Assembly: GCF_036971445.1 (NCBI RefSeq) | Contig: NC_091473.1 | Span: forward strand, 205,094,377-205,158,376 | Source: Narcine bancroftii | Taxonomy: Eukaryota | DNA length: 64,000 nucleotides | Reading direction: 5' to 3' | Shown here: positions 11,975-23,110 of the stretch, piece after piece | Position numbering within the stretch: position 1 is the stretch's first letter | Layout: every line of letters starts with the position of its first letter | Made by a program: the position numbers and the translations under genes | Notes under the pieces: generated by a model | What the model saw: only the letters and a program-made list of their open reading frames with translations | Told to the model about the DNA's origin: nothing | Database searches by the model: none

Positions 11975-13945
11975 TATCTTCTTCTTTGGCTTGGCTTCGC
12001 GGACGAAGATTTATGGAGGGGTAATGTCCACGTCAGCTGCAGGCTCGTTTGTGGCTGACAAGTCCGATGCGGGACAGGCAGACACGGTTGCAGCGGTTGC
12101 AGGGGAAAATTGGTTGGTTGGGGTTGGGTGTTGGGTTTTTCCTCCTTTGTCTTTTGTCAGTGAGGTGGGCTCTGCGGTCTTCTTCAAAGGAGGTTGCTGC
12201 CCGCCGAACTGTGAGGCGCCAAGATGCACGGTTTGAGGCGATATCAGCCCACTGGCAGTGGTCAATGTGGCAGGCACCAAGAGATTTCTTTAGGCAGTCC
12301 TTGTACCTCTTCTTTGGTGCACCTCTGTCTCGGTGGCCAGTGGAGAGCTCGCCATATAACATGATCTTAGGAAGGCGATGGTCCTCCATTCTGGAGACGT
12401 GACCTACCCAGAGCAGTTGGATCTTCAGCAGCGTAGATTTGATGCTGTCAGCCTCTGCCATCTCGAGTACTTCGATGTTGGAGATGAAGTCGCTCCAATG
12501 AATGTTGAGGATGGAGCGGAGACGACGCTGGTGGAAGCGTTCTAGGAGCTGTAGGTGATGCCGGTAGAGGACCCATGATTCGGAGCCGAACAGGAGTGTG
12601 GGTATGACAACGGCTCTGTATACGCTAATCTTTGTGAGGTTTTTCAGTTGGTTGTTTTTCCAGACTCTTTTGTGTAGTCTTCCAAAGGCGCTATTTGCCT
12701 TGGTGAGTCTGTTGTCTATCTCGTTGTCGATCCTTGTATCCGATGAAATGGTGCAGCCGAGATAGGTAAACTGGTTGACCGTTTTGAGTTTTGTGTTCCC
12801 GATGGAGATGTGGGGGGGCTGGCTGATGGAGGACCTCAGTTTTCTTCAGGCTGACTTCCAGGCCAAACATTTTGGCAGTTTCCGCAAAACAGGACGTCAA
12901 GCGCTGAAGAGCTGGCTCTGAATGGGCAACTAAAGCGGCATCGTCTGCAAAGAGTAGTTCACGGACAAGTTGCTCTTGTGTCTTGGTGTGAGCTTGCAGG
13001 TGCCTCAGATTGAAGAGACTGCCATCCGTGCGGTACCGGATGTAAACTGCGTCTTCATTGTTGGTCTTTCATGGCTTGTTTCAGCATCAAGCTGAAGAAG
13101 ATTGAAAAGAGGGTTGGTGCGAGAACGCAGCCTTGCTTCACGCCATTGTTAATGGAGAAGGGTTCAGAGAACTCATTGCTGTATCTGACCCGATCTTGTT
13201 GGTTTTCGTGCAGTTGGATAACCATGTTGAGGAACTTTGGGGGGGCATACGAGGCACTCTAGTATTTGCCAAAGCCCTTTCCTGCTCACGGCGTCGAAGG
13301 CTTTGGTGAGGTCAACAAAGGTGATGTAGAGTCCTTTGTTTTGTTCTCTGCACTTTTCTTGGAGCTGTCTGAGGGCAAAGACCATGTCAGTATTTCCTCT
13401 GTTTGCGCGAAAGCCGCACTGTGATTCTGGGAGAACATTCTCGGCGAGACTAGGTATTATTCTATTTAGGAGAATCCTAGCGAAGATTTTGCCTGCAATG
13501 GAGAGCAGCGTGATATCCCCGTAGTTTGAGCAGTCTGATTTCTCGCCTTTGTTTTTGTACAGGGTGATGATGATGGCATCATGAAGGTCCTGAGGCAGCT
13601 TTCCTTGGTCCCAGCAGAGCTTGAAAAACTCATGCAGTTTGGTATGCAGAGTTTTGCCGCCAGGCTTCCAGACCTCTGGGGGGATTCCATCCATACCTGC
13701 TGCTTTGCCACTTTTCAGTTGTTCAGTTGCCTTATATGTCTCTTCCCGGGTGAGGACCTCATCCAGCTCTAGCCTTAGGGGCTGTTGAGGGAGCTGGAGC
13801 AGGGTGGATTCTTGGACTGAGCGGTTGGCACTGAAAAGAGATTGGAAGTGTTCTGACCATCGGTTGAGGATGTAGGAGGACTTTGCCGTCTGAGCTGCGC
13901 AGCGGGCTTTGGACTTGGGGTAGCCTCCAAGAACTCTACTGGTCC
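11975..13945 (-). mobile_element. LINE-A family insertion, direct (3') segment: RT domain and C-terminal CCHC-like region, with 3' end at ~11975
   Basis: Minus ORFs ...KSGKAAGMDGIPPEVWKPGGKTLHTKLHEFFKLCWDQGKLPQDLHDAIIITLYKNKGEKSDCSNYGDITLLSIAGKIFARILLNRI... (RT) and ...MEDHRLPKIMLYGELSTGHRDRGAPKKRYKDCLKKSL...CNRCNRVCLSRIGLVSHKRACS. The reverse complement of ~11975-12010 gives the family 3' terminus ...CGCGAAGCCAAGCCAAAGAAGAAGAT. Confidence 0.85.
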
Positions 13946-13974
13946 CAGAAAGAGGTTTAATGTTGGAAACTTGC

Positions 13975-14392
13975 AGTCAGACGAAGTGAGAGGAAACTTC
14001 CAGGCAAACCTCAAAGCAAAGCTCGAGGATGCAATCCGCCTCACGGACTCGTCCCCTGAAACCCTCTGGGATCAGCTGAAGACTGCCATACTGCAATCCA
14101 CTGAAGAGGTACTGGGCTTCTCCTCCAGGAAAAACAAGGACTGCTTCGATGAAAACAACCAGGAAATCCAGGAGCTGCTGGCAAAGAAGCGAGCTGCCCA
14201 CCAGGCTCACCTTGCAAAGCCGTCCTGGCCAGAGAAGAAACGAGCCTTCCGTCGCGCATGCAGCCATCTTCAGCGCAAACTCCGGGAGATCCAAAATGAG
14301 TGGTGGACTAGCCTCGCCAAACGAACCCAGCTCAGTGCGGACATTGGCGACTTCAGGGGTTTTTACGAGGCTCTAAAGGCTGTGTACGTCCC
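13975..14392 (+). mobile_element. LINE-A family insertion, inverted 5' segment (twin-priming product) encoding the region just upstream of the RT
   Basis: Plus ORF MQSDEVRGNFQANLKAKLEDAIRL...LAKPSWPEKKRAFRRACSHLQRKLREIQNEWWTSLAKRTQLSADIGDFRGFYEALKAVY. In the colinear copy at 34565-36730 this segment is immediately followed by ...GPSSPSPKPAAQLRRQ. Here that continuation lies on the opposite strand at ~13920. Confidence 0.8.
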
Positions 14393-15359
14393 CTCACCCG
14401 AAGTCCAACGTTACAAATATACACACTTTAAAACCGATCTTATTTGAAATACTTAAGAATTCATATTCAGTGAACTTTACAGAAACTATGGAGAATACTA
14501 TACACATTCCACAAGGAGGTGTTAATTGAAATGACGTTATAAAATGAATAGGCTATTGTCTTGGACTGGAGACACTTTGGCTATTTGCAAGGTTCTACAA
14601 AGTGTTCACAGAAAGGTCCCTCCTGGGTTCTTGTTTACCTAAAACAACAGATGGGAGCAAAAGACTAACTTCTATTGTTTGCTGGAGAAGGTGGGGGTTT
14701 GGTGGCAAGTGAGAGAACGAAGGACATGTGGCTAGCAGTTTGATGAAGAGACTGAACAGTCACAGCTGAAGCAAGCAAGAAGCCTGTTGGAATTGAAACA
14801 GAAAGCTCCAGAGCAGCAGATGGCTGGAAGTACTATCTGTCTGATTCTCTTAGAATAAGTGGAACAGAAAGGAACTCTGTGATAGCCTGAAAGAAAAAGG
14901 TTATCATCTGGAGAACCCTGATGGGGAAAGTTTCATCAACAAGACATTGAGGTGACTAATGGTGGTACCTCAGTTGTGGAAATCCTGGAACAACAAATCT
15001 CTCTATGCAAATCTCCAAAGAACCTTCCTGAGCGGTAAACATTTATCTTTCGAGCACCAAAGCCTGGTCAACTTTATACATGTTAAATACTGTGCATGGT
15101 CTAAGAATTACCTGCAACCAGTGAACTTGGAAGAATGAGAAGTGAGATTGAACTATGAACCAAAGAACTTTTTGTAAATTTACACACACATCATACATGT
15201 GCACTGAGAATTAGAAGGGGTTAGTTAAGTTAATAGAGATAAGTAATGTTTGATTCTGTTTTCATGTTTAAAGATAATTAAAAACAACTTTTGTTTAAGT
15301 AACCATTTGTCGTGGTGAATATCTATTGCTGCTGGGTTTTGGGGTCCTTTGGGCTTGTA

Positions 15360-15660
15360 ACAATGGAGACAGAGTGAAGCTCCTTCCACACCGTCCCATC
15401 ACACATTCTTGGGGATGGACACAGAATGAAGCTGCTTCCACACTGTCCATTCACACACTTCCAGGGACAGACACACAGTGAAGTTCCCTCCGCTCTGTCC
15501 CCTCACACACTCCCGGGGACAGACACAGAGTGAAGCTCCTTCCATGCTGTCCCATCACACATTCCCGGTGACAGACATAGAGTGAAGCTCCCTCCGCACC
15601 CTGCCCTCACAAACTCTTGGGGACAGACACAGAGGTAAATTCTCTCCACACCATCCCTTT
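15360..15660. repeat. Satellite family S2 (~59-bp unit), continuation on the far side of the LINE-A insertion
   Basis: Same unit as 11060-11930. Confidence 0.85.
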
Positions 15661-16199
15661 ACACAGTTTCCCAGTTTTTCCTCTCACCTCAAGATCTGGT
15701 CACTGAATCCGTACAGAAAGATATCATTTTTGCAGTCGGTGAATGCTGATATAAGGCTGTGGGATCAGAGATTAATTTTACTGTGTGCTTGCAGGAGCAA
15801 AAAAAATTGCAATCGATAACATGTTGAGGACAGACTTGGTGTGGAGCCCCCTTGTACCCCGCTGAGCCTGTGTCCTGACTGAAGGTACTATGAACTGGTG
15901 TTCAATTTCACAGTTCCTAAACCGAGGTACTGGCTTTGCGAGGAGTTCTGCTGGCAAACCTGGGCATCGGACTGACGATCCAACACTGTGCACAGTGAGA
16001 GAGATTGGTTCATTATCTTACTGGTGAGGATTCTTCATTAGTGCGAAAACAGTAGGAAAGAAACTGTCCTCAAATCTGGTCGGGGCGTTATCTCACCCAT
16101 GTGAATCTGCTTCTTAATGAGAGTGGGGTAAAGAGAGTGTGGCTGTAATGGAACAGGTCACTGACTGCATCCCCAGCTCCCACATGTTGTTTCTCAGTT

Positions 16200-16470
16200 A
16201 CCCCTCTGCCCCAGCACCCCGTGTCACTGACTGTACCCCAACTGACAATCCCCCCCCACTCTCTCAGTGCCCCATCACTGACTGTACCCCCACTGACATT
16301 ACTCCCTCTCTCAGTGACCCCTCTCCTGCAGCCCTTCATGTCACTGACTGTAACCCTACTTTCATTACCCTCTCCCTCAGTGACCCCTCTCCCCCAGTGC
16401 CCCGTGTCACTGACATTACCCCAAATGCCCCAGTGACCCCCTCTCCCCCAGTGCCCCACATTTTGATTCA
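16200..16470. repeat. Tandem repeat, ~57-bp unit (cccctctcccccagtgccccgtgtcactgactgtaccccaactgacattaccc), ~4.5 copies
   Basis: Direct reading. The 265-aa ORF across it is a repeat translation. Confidence 0.8.
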
Positions 16471-17579
16471 CTATAACACCCCATCCCACAGTCTGACTGC
16501 ACCCCACCATGCACTGCTATTTAATACTGCACATCTCTGTACTGAAGGTTGTAACAGGGAACAGAGCTTTTCACTGTCTTCAAAGGCAAGAAACCAATTC
16601 AGTTCTGGACCTGGCTTGATCTCACAGCAGCAGTTTCTGGGAACCTGGGAGAGGTGGGGGGTGTGGGGAAGAGGGGGAACAGGGGACATTATCAGTCTGC
16701 ATTGGATGGAGAGAGGGGTCAGGAGGATTCTGTCAGATGTCTACCCTCTGGGGGGGGATGGATACAGCAAGGGAGGGTGTCTGTGGGAGGGTGGGACTCC
16801 GGCAGGGAGGGAAGGGGCCCTGAGAAAGGGAGGGATACACGGAGGAAGGGGTCCACAGCGAGGGCTGGAGGAGAGATCTACAGGGATGGAGAAAGGGATC
16901 GGTTATCCGGACGATTATCAAGTAGGTCGGACGTGAAACCACTCCGAACACTGGATAGTCCACGTGCTTGCTCCAGCAGGGTCACCTGACCAGGCAGGTC
17001 GAAAGTCATCTCCCCACGTCAATCAAGGTGAGCATGCCCACAAGCAAGGGCACAACTTACGACTGGCTCTCTTGCCTCATTCGGGAATACCTGAGCTGGA
17101 CTCTCCAGCCTGCTGCAGTATCAAGCCCATCATGTAGATCACCCACCTCTCTTTATCCCCAGGGACAGATCCAGGTTGAAAGGTGGAGGTGACACTGGAA
17201 AGCGTCAGTTCAGGGAAGGGGGGGGAGGGTCTATTGTGAATACCTAGAAAGGACTGTGGTGCCTTATACTTTGACCTCAGTGCAATTAGACACTGTAGTT
17301 AAGAGGGATATGGTGCCTGCTGGTTAGAGAAGAATGGCGATGACTGTTTTACCATGGGGAACTGCGATTTGCAGCGACCTGTGCCTTTAACCATGGGAAC
17401 TGCGAGTTATAACAGCTGTAGTGATGCTTGATTGTTTAGCTCTGTCCGCTACATACGAACTGTGTGAAAAATCCTTGTTTTGTGTGTGTGAGAGTCATCC
17501 CTGTTGCCACCTATTCACCCCATGTAAATAAAAATCCTTTTTTGTGGTTAAACTGTATTCAGTCTCATCAAATCTTGGA

Positions 17580-18100
17580 CCCTCCAAGCAAGTTCTCCAC
17601 ATCACAGCATCCACAGGGAGGGAGGGTGGGAGGTTCCACAGGGAGGAAGGGATGGGAGGTTTCACGGGTAGGGGGGGGTATTCCATGGAGGGGGGGGTTC
17701 CTCAGGAGTGGAGGGCTGTGTGTGGAGCGAAGGAGTGAGGGGTCTGTGGGGAGGGAGGTCTGCATCGATCGAGAGAAGGAGGGGTCTGCAGGGAGGGAGG
17801 GTCCACAGGGAGCGAGGGGTCCACAGGGAGGGATGGAGGCTGTGGTCCGCAGGGGTGAAGGATTCTGCACAGAGCATGGGAGGGAGGGGTCCACCGGGAG
17901 GGATGGAGGCTGTGGTCTGCAGGGGTGAAGGTGTGCACGGAGCATGGGAGTGAGGGGTCTGCAGGGAGAGAGGGAGAAGCCCGCATGGACAGAGGGATCT
18001 GCAGGGAAGGAGAGAGGGGTCCACAGGGAGGGGGAGAGGGAGGAGTCAGCAGGGTGTGATGGAGGGAGAGGCCCATAGGGAGGGAGGGTGGGTCCGCTGG
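17580..18100. repeat. G-rich tandem and low-complexity repeats (gggagggaggggtccacagggag...) of ~60-90 bp periodicity
   Basis: Direct reading. Confidence 0.75.
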
Positions 18101-18115
18101 ATCCTCTAGGCCTAC

Positions 18116-18237
18116 CTTGCCCTCTGAATGGAGAGATCAACCTGAAGGAAGAGCAGGTTATGGTTGACGTGGTAACGGTAGACTGGTATGATATCGCAGA
18201 TGGGAAACCCCGAGCCCAGAAGTAGCACCGTGTCAAT
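18116..18237 (-). CDS. TEP1: TEP1-like exon (IDTVLLLGSGFPICDIIPVYRYHVNHNLLFLQVDLSIQRA)
   Basis: Acceptor cattgcag|ATTGACACG and donor GGGCAAG|gtaggcc. Weaker match to human VDRVILLGQSMDDGMINVAKQLYWQRVNSKCLFVGILLRRVQ. Confidence 0.6.
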
Positions 18238-18399
18238 CTGCAATGCGAGGTGCAGGGGTCAGCGCTGAAGGAGGGGGGCTCGGAGGGTGTGGGTTGAAAT
18301 ATCCCCGCTCTCCATGCCTCCCTGGGCATCTTTCTCTCCCCCACCCCCTCCCCAGCAGGGCGTGAGCCCCACCACCCAACAGCACCCACCAGAAATCCC

Positions 18400-19000
18400 A
18401 ATATGGGATGTGAGCTGACCCATTCCCTTCTCCTTTCCCCACCCCCAACCCACTCCCTCATTCCACCCTGTCCATCCCACCCCGTCCCCACTCGCTTCGT
18501 CTCCACTCCCTTCTTCCCCACTCACCCTGTCCCCACTCCCTTCTTCCCCACTCACCCTGTCCCCACTCCCTTCTACACCCATCCCGTCCCCACTCCCTTC
18601 TCCCCCCCACCCCGCCCCCATGTCCTTCTCCTCCACTCACCCTGTCCCCACTTCCTTCTCCACCCACACTCCCTTCCCAATCCTGTCCCCACTCCCTTCT
18701 CCCCCACTCACCCCGTCCCTACTCCCACCCCATTCCCATTCCCTTCTCCACCCCCACCTCGTCCCCCCTCCCTTTCCCCCCCACAGCCTGTCCCCACTCC
18801 CTTCTCCACCCCCACCCCGTCCTCACTCCCTTCTCCCCTACTCACCCTGGCCCCACTCCCTTCTCTCGCCCCCACTCTGTCCCTACTCCCTTCTACCCCC
18901 ACCCCATCCCCACCCTCACCCCATCCCTTCTCCTCTCTTCCCTACCCCACCCCAACTCCCCCCACCCCACGGTCTCCCATTCCATTGGCAGCACAGGTCA
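18400..19000. repeat. C-rich minisatellite, ~32-bp unit (tccccactcccttcttccccactcaccctg)
   Basis: Direct reading. It lies between two TEP1 exons. Confidence 0.8.
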
Positions 19001-19005
19001 CCCAC

Positions 19006-19089
19006 CTGCTCATGGTCCCGAATGCAGTCCAAGAAAAAGGAGGCAAATCCACTGATTTTATACGATTCATCCCCCACGGCTTCAAGGTT
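19006..19089 (-). CDS. TEP1: TEP1-like exon (NLEAVGDESYKISGFASFFLDCIRDHEQ)
   Basis: Acceptor ctaccag|AACCTTGAA and donor GAGCAG|gtgggtgacc. 84 nt, phase 0. Confidence 0.6.
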
Positions 19090-19453
19090 CTGGTAGGGGA
19101 GACCAGGGAGGTGTGAATTACCCATGGGATGGGGAGGGTAGATTTAGCTTTGAGATTGAGAAAGAGAGCGAGAGAGAGAGAGATACTCAGTGAGAGAGAG
19201 ATGAAGACAGGGAGAGAGCCAGAGCCAGAGAGAGAATGCATGCTCTGAATGGATGGAACCCTGCTTCTCTGCAGACCCCCTCCTGCTCTGGGGCAGTGAT
19301 GCCAACCCATGCCTGAAGGAGGAAAACTTTTTCCCCCCCACCGTGGTATCCCACAAAGAAACACCCCCCCATCCCCTCCTAACCCACATCTCCCACGCCT
19401 CTCCACAGAGCGGGCTCCCCCTCCACACACGCCCCCCCCCTTCCCCCACTGAC

Positions 19454-19606
19454 CTTGGCCTCTTGCAGGATCCTGTCCAGGCCAGTCAGGAGGGAACCGC
19501 GGGGGAGGTCCAATCCCCGGTAAGAGTGCTGGGAGCAGAGTACCAGGCGGGACGTCTCACTCAGCCGTGCAGTCATCAGCCCCAGGAGGGCGGCAACCTC
19601 CAGGAC
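19454..19606 (-). CDS. TEP1: TEP1-like exon (VLEVAALLGLMTARLSETSRLVLCSQHSYRGLDLPRGSLLTGLDRILQEAK)
   Basis: Acceptor cttggcag|GTCCTGGAG and donor GCCAAG|gtcagtggggg. 153 nt, phase 0. Confidence 0.6.
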
Positions 19607-20089
19607 CTGCCAAGAGCGCACACACAAATTCAGGGAAAGCCTTGTCTCCGTTGCAAGAGTGAGCAGACGATGTTGGACTTCAGGGGGACGTAGGTAACAA
19701 TAGTGGAGCCATCTCAGTTTGCCTCCTGTCTAGGTCAGTTCACAGATGATGCCATCACCTTGACCCTCTACTCTGTTCTGACTCACCCATGGAACCATAT
19801 AACATTACAGCACAGGAGCAGGCCCACTGGGACTTCCAGTCTGTACTAAACTATTATTCTGCCGAGCTTCACCCTTTTCCCACTTATAAAACCACCTTAA
19901 GAAATCCCTGACTAACCACAGACCACGATGGCATAGCCACTCCCACCACTCTGGATGTGAAGAAGCTCCCTCTAATGTTCCCCTTAAAATTTACCCCTTT
20001 CACCCTTAATTCATGGCATCTGGTTTGTATCTTACACACCCCCCCCCCACAAACCTCGGTGGAAAAAAGCTGATTGACATGTAATCTAT

Positions 20090-21065
20090 CTATACCAGTG
20101 GTTTTCAAACATTTGCTTTCCACTCACATACCACCTTAAGTAAACCCTCTGTGATCTGGGAAGGGGGGGGGGGGGGCTATTGTGAATACTTAGACTACAC
20201 GAGCCGGTGTCTTTAAAAAGCAGCCTCTGTCCTCAAAGACCCCCATCCCCCAGGCCCTCTTCACTCTGCTACCATTGGGGAAAAGGAACAGGAGCCTGAA
20301 GACGAGGACTCAGCGGCACAGGGACAGCTTCTTCCCCACTGCCATCAGATTCCTGAATAACCAATGAACCAAAGCCATTCCCTTACTCTTCATACACTGT
20401 TTTTTTTTTGCAATCATGTCATGAGACGGTTATAATGAATGTTTACACTACAATGCTGCTACAAAACACTGAATTTCGTGATTGGCTTGTGACAATAGAT
20501 CCTGATCCTGATGTGAGGGGAAAGAAAACAATGGTTTTAATCGTACCTAATTGACCTGTTCACTGGTGCTCAACCTTTTTCTTTCCACTCACATCCCACT
20601 TTAAGTAATTGCTCTTCCATCGGTGCTCTGTGATCAGTAAGGGATTGCTTAAGGTGGTCTGTGAGTGGGGAAGGGAAGGTTGAGAATTGCTGTTCCAGAC
20701 CCAATTATTACTGAAATATTTTGCTTGAGAAAAATTGTCTTTGGCCCATTTCCTTTGGAGTTATGAAACCATGCACATAACGACACCATCTTAAGCAATC
20801 CCTATGCCATTGGTGCTCTGTAATTAGTAAGGGATTGCTGAAGGTGGTACGTGGGTGGAAAAAGTTTGAAAACCACTGTTTGAATCGTCCCTCATTGACA
20901 CATGTGCATGGTTTCAAAACTCCAAAGGAAATGGGTCAATGACAAATTTTCTCAAGCAAAATATTTCAGTAACAATTGGGTCGAAAGCAGTGGTTTTCAA
21001 CCTTCCCTTCCCACTCAGAGACCAACTTAAGCAATCCCTTACTAATCATAGAGCACCAATGATGG
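20090..21065. repeat. Foldback / nested inverted-repeat structure. A small palindromic unit (~110 bp, ccactcaca..cttaagtaa..ttacttaag..tgtgagtgg) occurs four times. A ~100-bp segment (20690-20790) recurs as an inverted copy at 20905-21005 (~88% identity).
   Basis: The reverse complement of 20905-21005 (atgtgcatggtttcaaaactccaaaggaaatggg...cagtggttttcaacc) aligns to 20690-20790 (ggttgagaattgctgttccagaccc...ggagttatgaaaccatgcacat). Confidence 0.8.
20200..20350 (+). mobile_element. 'Family J' retroelement 3'-end fragment embedded in the foldback region
   Basis: Encodes KTPIPQALFTLLPLGKRNRSLKTRTQRHRDSFFPTAIRFLNNQ*, matching the LPSGRRYRS...T.RLKNSFFPQAIRLLN terminus. Confidence 0.55.
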
Positions 21066-21462
21066 CTGAGGGTCCCTCAGGGTTTTGTTCGCCTCATAGC
21101 TTGTAGCCCAGGCTGCTGTTCAGTGACATCAGGACAGCATTCAACAGGACTTGGTGGATAAGCTGTCCTCACTGGGACTCAACACCCCTGTCTGTGGGCC
21201 TGCTCACTCAACCAAACCTTATGAGGCAGGTATACCAATCCAGACAACCTTCTTGTAAATCTTCTCTCTACAGCAGCAACATCCTTCCTGCAGTGAGGTG
21301 ACCAGAATTGAACACAGTATTCCTCGTGGTTTCTGACCAAGCTGTAACATTACTTCACGGCTCTTGGGCTGTGAGGAGGGAGGGAAGAAGAGGAAGGGGG
21401 AGGGAGTGGTGGGAGGAGGCAAGACGAGGGAGGGGAGAGAGGGAGGGAAGACACCACCTCAC

Positions 21463-21682
21463 CGTTGGTGCCCCAGCCTGGGGCACTGTATCAGGGCTCG
21501 GGGCCCCACGGGGGAGGAGATCTCGTGCTCCGAGGCAGGGTTGCTTCATCGAAGGTTCGACAGCACACAGGACGACGGTGCGCCCGGGGAGGGGTGGCAG
21601 GTTGTGTGTGGCCGAGATCTCAAGGGCCTTCTCCAGGGCTTGACTGTATTGGTCCAGCAGGTCCTGGTCATAGTGGACGTTC
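21463..21682 (-). CDS. TEP1: TEP1-like exon (NVHYDQDLLDQYSQALEKALEISATHNLPPLPGRTVVLCAVEPSMKQPCLGARDLLPRGAPSPDTVPQAGAPT)
   Basis: Acceptor aaccccag|GAACGTCCAC and donor CCAACG|gtgaggtgg. Matches human QWKYDGEMLNRYRQALETAVNLSVKHSLPLLPGRTVLVYLTD. It lies at the C-terminal end of the long low-complexity minus ORF 21355-22371. Confidence 0.7.
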
Positions 21683-21699
21683 CTGGGGTTGAGGGGAGA

Positions 21700-22300
21700 G
21701 ACAGGGGAAAAGAGGGAAGAGCGATGGGAGTGGGGAGTGAGAGGGAGGGGAGGCGGAGACAGAGGGGAGAGAGGGAGGGAGGAGAGGGGAAGAAGACGGA
21801 GAGGGAGGGAGGGGAGGAGAGAGGGCAGATGTGGAGAGAAGTGAGAGGGAGAGAAATGGAGGGGAGGTGGGAGGAGGGAGGGGAGAGAGAGGGAGGAGTG
21901 TTGAGAGATGGTGGGGAAGAAAGAAGGGGGGAGAGTGGGAGGAGGAGAGGGAGCAGAGCAAGGGGCAGCAGAAAGAGGGAGGGGTAGGAGAAAGACAGGG
22001 AGGGGGATAGAGGGAGCATGAGGATGAGGGGAGGGAGCAGGAGTGGAAAGGAGGGAGCAGGAGCAGAAGAGGGAAAGACAGGAGAGAGAGAGACAGGAGA
22101 GAGAGGGAGGAAGGAGAGTGGAGAGTGAGTGAGGGGGAAGGGGGTGACCGAGAAAGGTGAGAGGCAGGCAGGCGAAAGAGAGGAAGGAGAGTGTGGGGTG
22201 GTTGGAGGAATGAAAAGGGACAGAAGGGGGAGGTGAGTGGGGAGAAATAAAGAGGGGGAGGGGAGAGGAAGTGGGAAATAGTGGGAAGGGTGAGATGTTT
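21700..22300. repeat. Purine-rich (GGGAGA-type) simple repeat
   Basis: Direct reading. Confidence 0.85.
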
Positions 22301-22779
22301 ATTGTACAAGATACAGACACATTGAGAATCTTACTGCCACCACAGGGATGAATGTGATGCACCAACAGCAATGGTACAACTACAGTGGAGAAAGGGAATG
22401 AGAAAGGGGGGGTTTCAAGAGAGGGCTACAAATGAGAAGGAATGATAAGGAGGAACGAGAGAAGACTCCATTCTGTTCCCCCATTGTTCTGTGAGACCCC
22501 AGCTGGTCCTGTGGGCTTCCTTCCACACTCTCTCCAGTACCTTCTCACCCAACCCCAATCTGGGATGCATTTGGTGACTCGAACTCTTTTCCCCTCCATC
22601 ACCAAACCCAGGCTGGGGGGGGGGGGTCGGGACATGGGGTGGCAACTTCTCCAAACACTGGCTAACCAGCCCGCACTTGTAGCCATGCATGTAGAAGCTG
22701 GTCACCAGATCACAGGGAGGGTGGGGTTGTGCCGAGATGGGGTGAGGGAGACTCTCCCGGGCCGGGGTAGTGGGGGGGG

Positions 22780-23110
22780 GGGGGGGAAGGTCAGACAGAA
22801 TCCCAGGGAGGCATCAGAAGGGGTCACAGGGAGAGGTCAGAGGGGTCAAGGGGAGAGAGGGCAGAAGACACTTCCCAGGACTTCCCCTGGGTCAGGGAGA
22901 GATGGGACTGGTTCCCCGGGTGAGAGAGGATGGAGTAAACTCTCTGGGACGTCCTCTGGCCCAGGGAGAGGTCAGATGGGGTCACGGGGAGATGTCGGAC
23001 ATGGTCCTGGGATGGGTTGGATGTGGTCACAGGGAGAAATTGGATGGGGTCCCAAGGAGAGGGTGGACAGGGTCACAGGGAGAAGGAGGAGGACACTCCT
23101 TGGGACATCT
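22780..23110. repeat. ~24-bp tandem repeat (ggggtcacagggagaggtcaga-like)
   Basis: Direct reading. Confidence 0.75.

Noticed and set aside
16139-16936. 265-aa plus-strand ORF
   Set aside because: It is a translation straight through a 57-bp tandem repeat (PSLSDPSP.. periodicity) with no start context or splice logic. I treat it as a repeat artefact.
16880-17000. Candidate TEP1 exon (RGEMTFDLPGQVTLLEQARGLSSVRSGFTSDLLDN) in the unexplained exon gap
   Set aside because: Weak similarity only. No AG acceptor exists in a phase compatible with the upstream exon (which ends in phase 2), an in-frame TGA immediately precedes it, and there is no usable GT donor.
21355-22371. 338-aa minus-strand ORF
   Set aside because: Most of it is a translation of the GGGAGA-type simple repeat. 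Only its last ~73 codons (21463-21682) are a real TEP1 exon bounded by splice sites.
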